DNA of 63,997 bases, the filler included, from Octopus bimaculoides (Eukaryota), in assembly GCF_001194135.2 (NCBI RefSeq). It is 7 parts of 6 records of this genome, joined end to end, with 100 filler letters (N's around TTAATTAATTAA, not from the genome) between each part and the next. Parts side by side here need not be neighbours in the genome. Positions count along the whole stretch, not along the records: positions 62,467 to 63,997 come from NC_068981.1; 6 more parts are not named here. One strand, 5' to 3'. Shown here one piece after another: positions 63,001 to 63,997 of the stretch; position 1 is the first letter of the stretch; every line of letters starts with the position of its first letter. Made by a program: the position numbers and the translations under genes. The notes under the pieces were generated by a model. It worked only from the letters and a program-made list of their open reading frames with translations, did no database searches and was not told where the DNA came from.

Positions 63001-63966
63001 TGATCTGGAGTCGCTACATGTTAATTTTTGAAGTCTTCTTTGAGCAGTCAGATGTCAGTTTACCTGGAAAGAAATAATGCCGTTATGAACAAGATGTGAA
63101 GTTAAAGCCTGAAAATTTCACAGCTCTAGCATCATTCTTTCATAGTCAGCCTCACCTCAGTTATTTAGACTTGCAGCTGGTTATAATCAGGTTTCATAAA
63201 TATATTTTACTGCTCCCAAAACGTATGAAAAAAAAAATAATTGCTAGAAATAAATGCTAGAAATTAATAAGCGAGGAAAATTTACAAATGCAAGACCATT
63301 TTTAGAACAAAAATAAAACACGGAACAAATGATGGAGGGGAAAAACAAATCATTATTTTACGATATGTGATTATGAATTGAATCGTATGATAATAATTAT
63401 AGACAGAAGTATATTTATTTGCGAAATTGGAAACAATGATAGTTATGTACAGAAATTCAGATAAGATATACAAATTCTTTAGAAATAGCAAACACTACAT
63501 AAATATGATTTAAACTTAATTGAGTAATTAGTACAGAGAAATCTACGTAGCTGTAAGCTAGCAGAAAGTTTAGGATATACGAATATTAATATATTATTGT
63601 TAAATCACGAAAAAATAGTTAAAAAGCAACAAACCAAACTGGCAATAAGTTTTAAAGATATCACATACACTATAATCAACAAGGGATATAACATTTTCTG
63701 TTACAGAATTGTACATCTCTGTGTAAAACGAAGAGATATAGATACATACGCACATACGCACGCACACACGCACACACACACGTGTGTGTGTGTATGTGTG
63801 TGTGTGTGTGCGCGCGCGCGAGTGTGTGTGTATGTGCGTGTAAATGCATAGCTAAATAGCTACTTAGTGGTCATATCGCCCGTGCTGCATGTTCACACAT
63901 TAACAAAGACACATACAGACACATGCTGACATATATATATACACATATATGCATGCATGCATACAC

Positions 63967-63997
<31 letters not shown>

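Overview
AT-rich, gap-riddled animal genomic DNA with no prokaryote-style gene layout. It is most consistent with a cephalopod (Octopus-type) draft scaffold, inferred from the extreme microsatellite density and the recurring tRNA-derived SINE families. Most of the window is microsatellites, N-gaps (six of them carrying an artificial TTAATTAATTAA spacer) and dozens of copies of about five SINE-like families. Decayed retroelements include CR1-type, CRE-, R4- and HERO-like restriction-endonuclease LINEs and Penelope-like elements. DNA transposons include Tc1, mariner, a hAT MITE and a Merlin-like MITE with a TTAGGG core. No protein-coding gene could be named, and nearly all ORFs in the supplied track are microsatellite or N artefacts. 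Several short candidate exons with splice signals and three promoter-like CpG-richer patches are reported at low to moderate confidence. The most unusual items are an intronless, twice-frameshifted ~780-nt coding-like segment of unknown family (41283-42062, minus) with similarly biased fragments nearby, the telomere-repeat-bearing MITE, several near-perfect hairpins, and inverted young SINEs flanking a candidate exon. Repeat boundaries are hand-read and approximate unless TIR/TSD coordinates are given.
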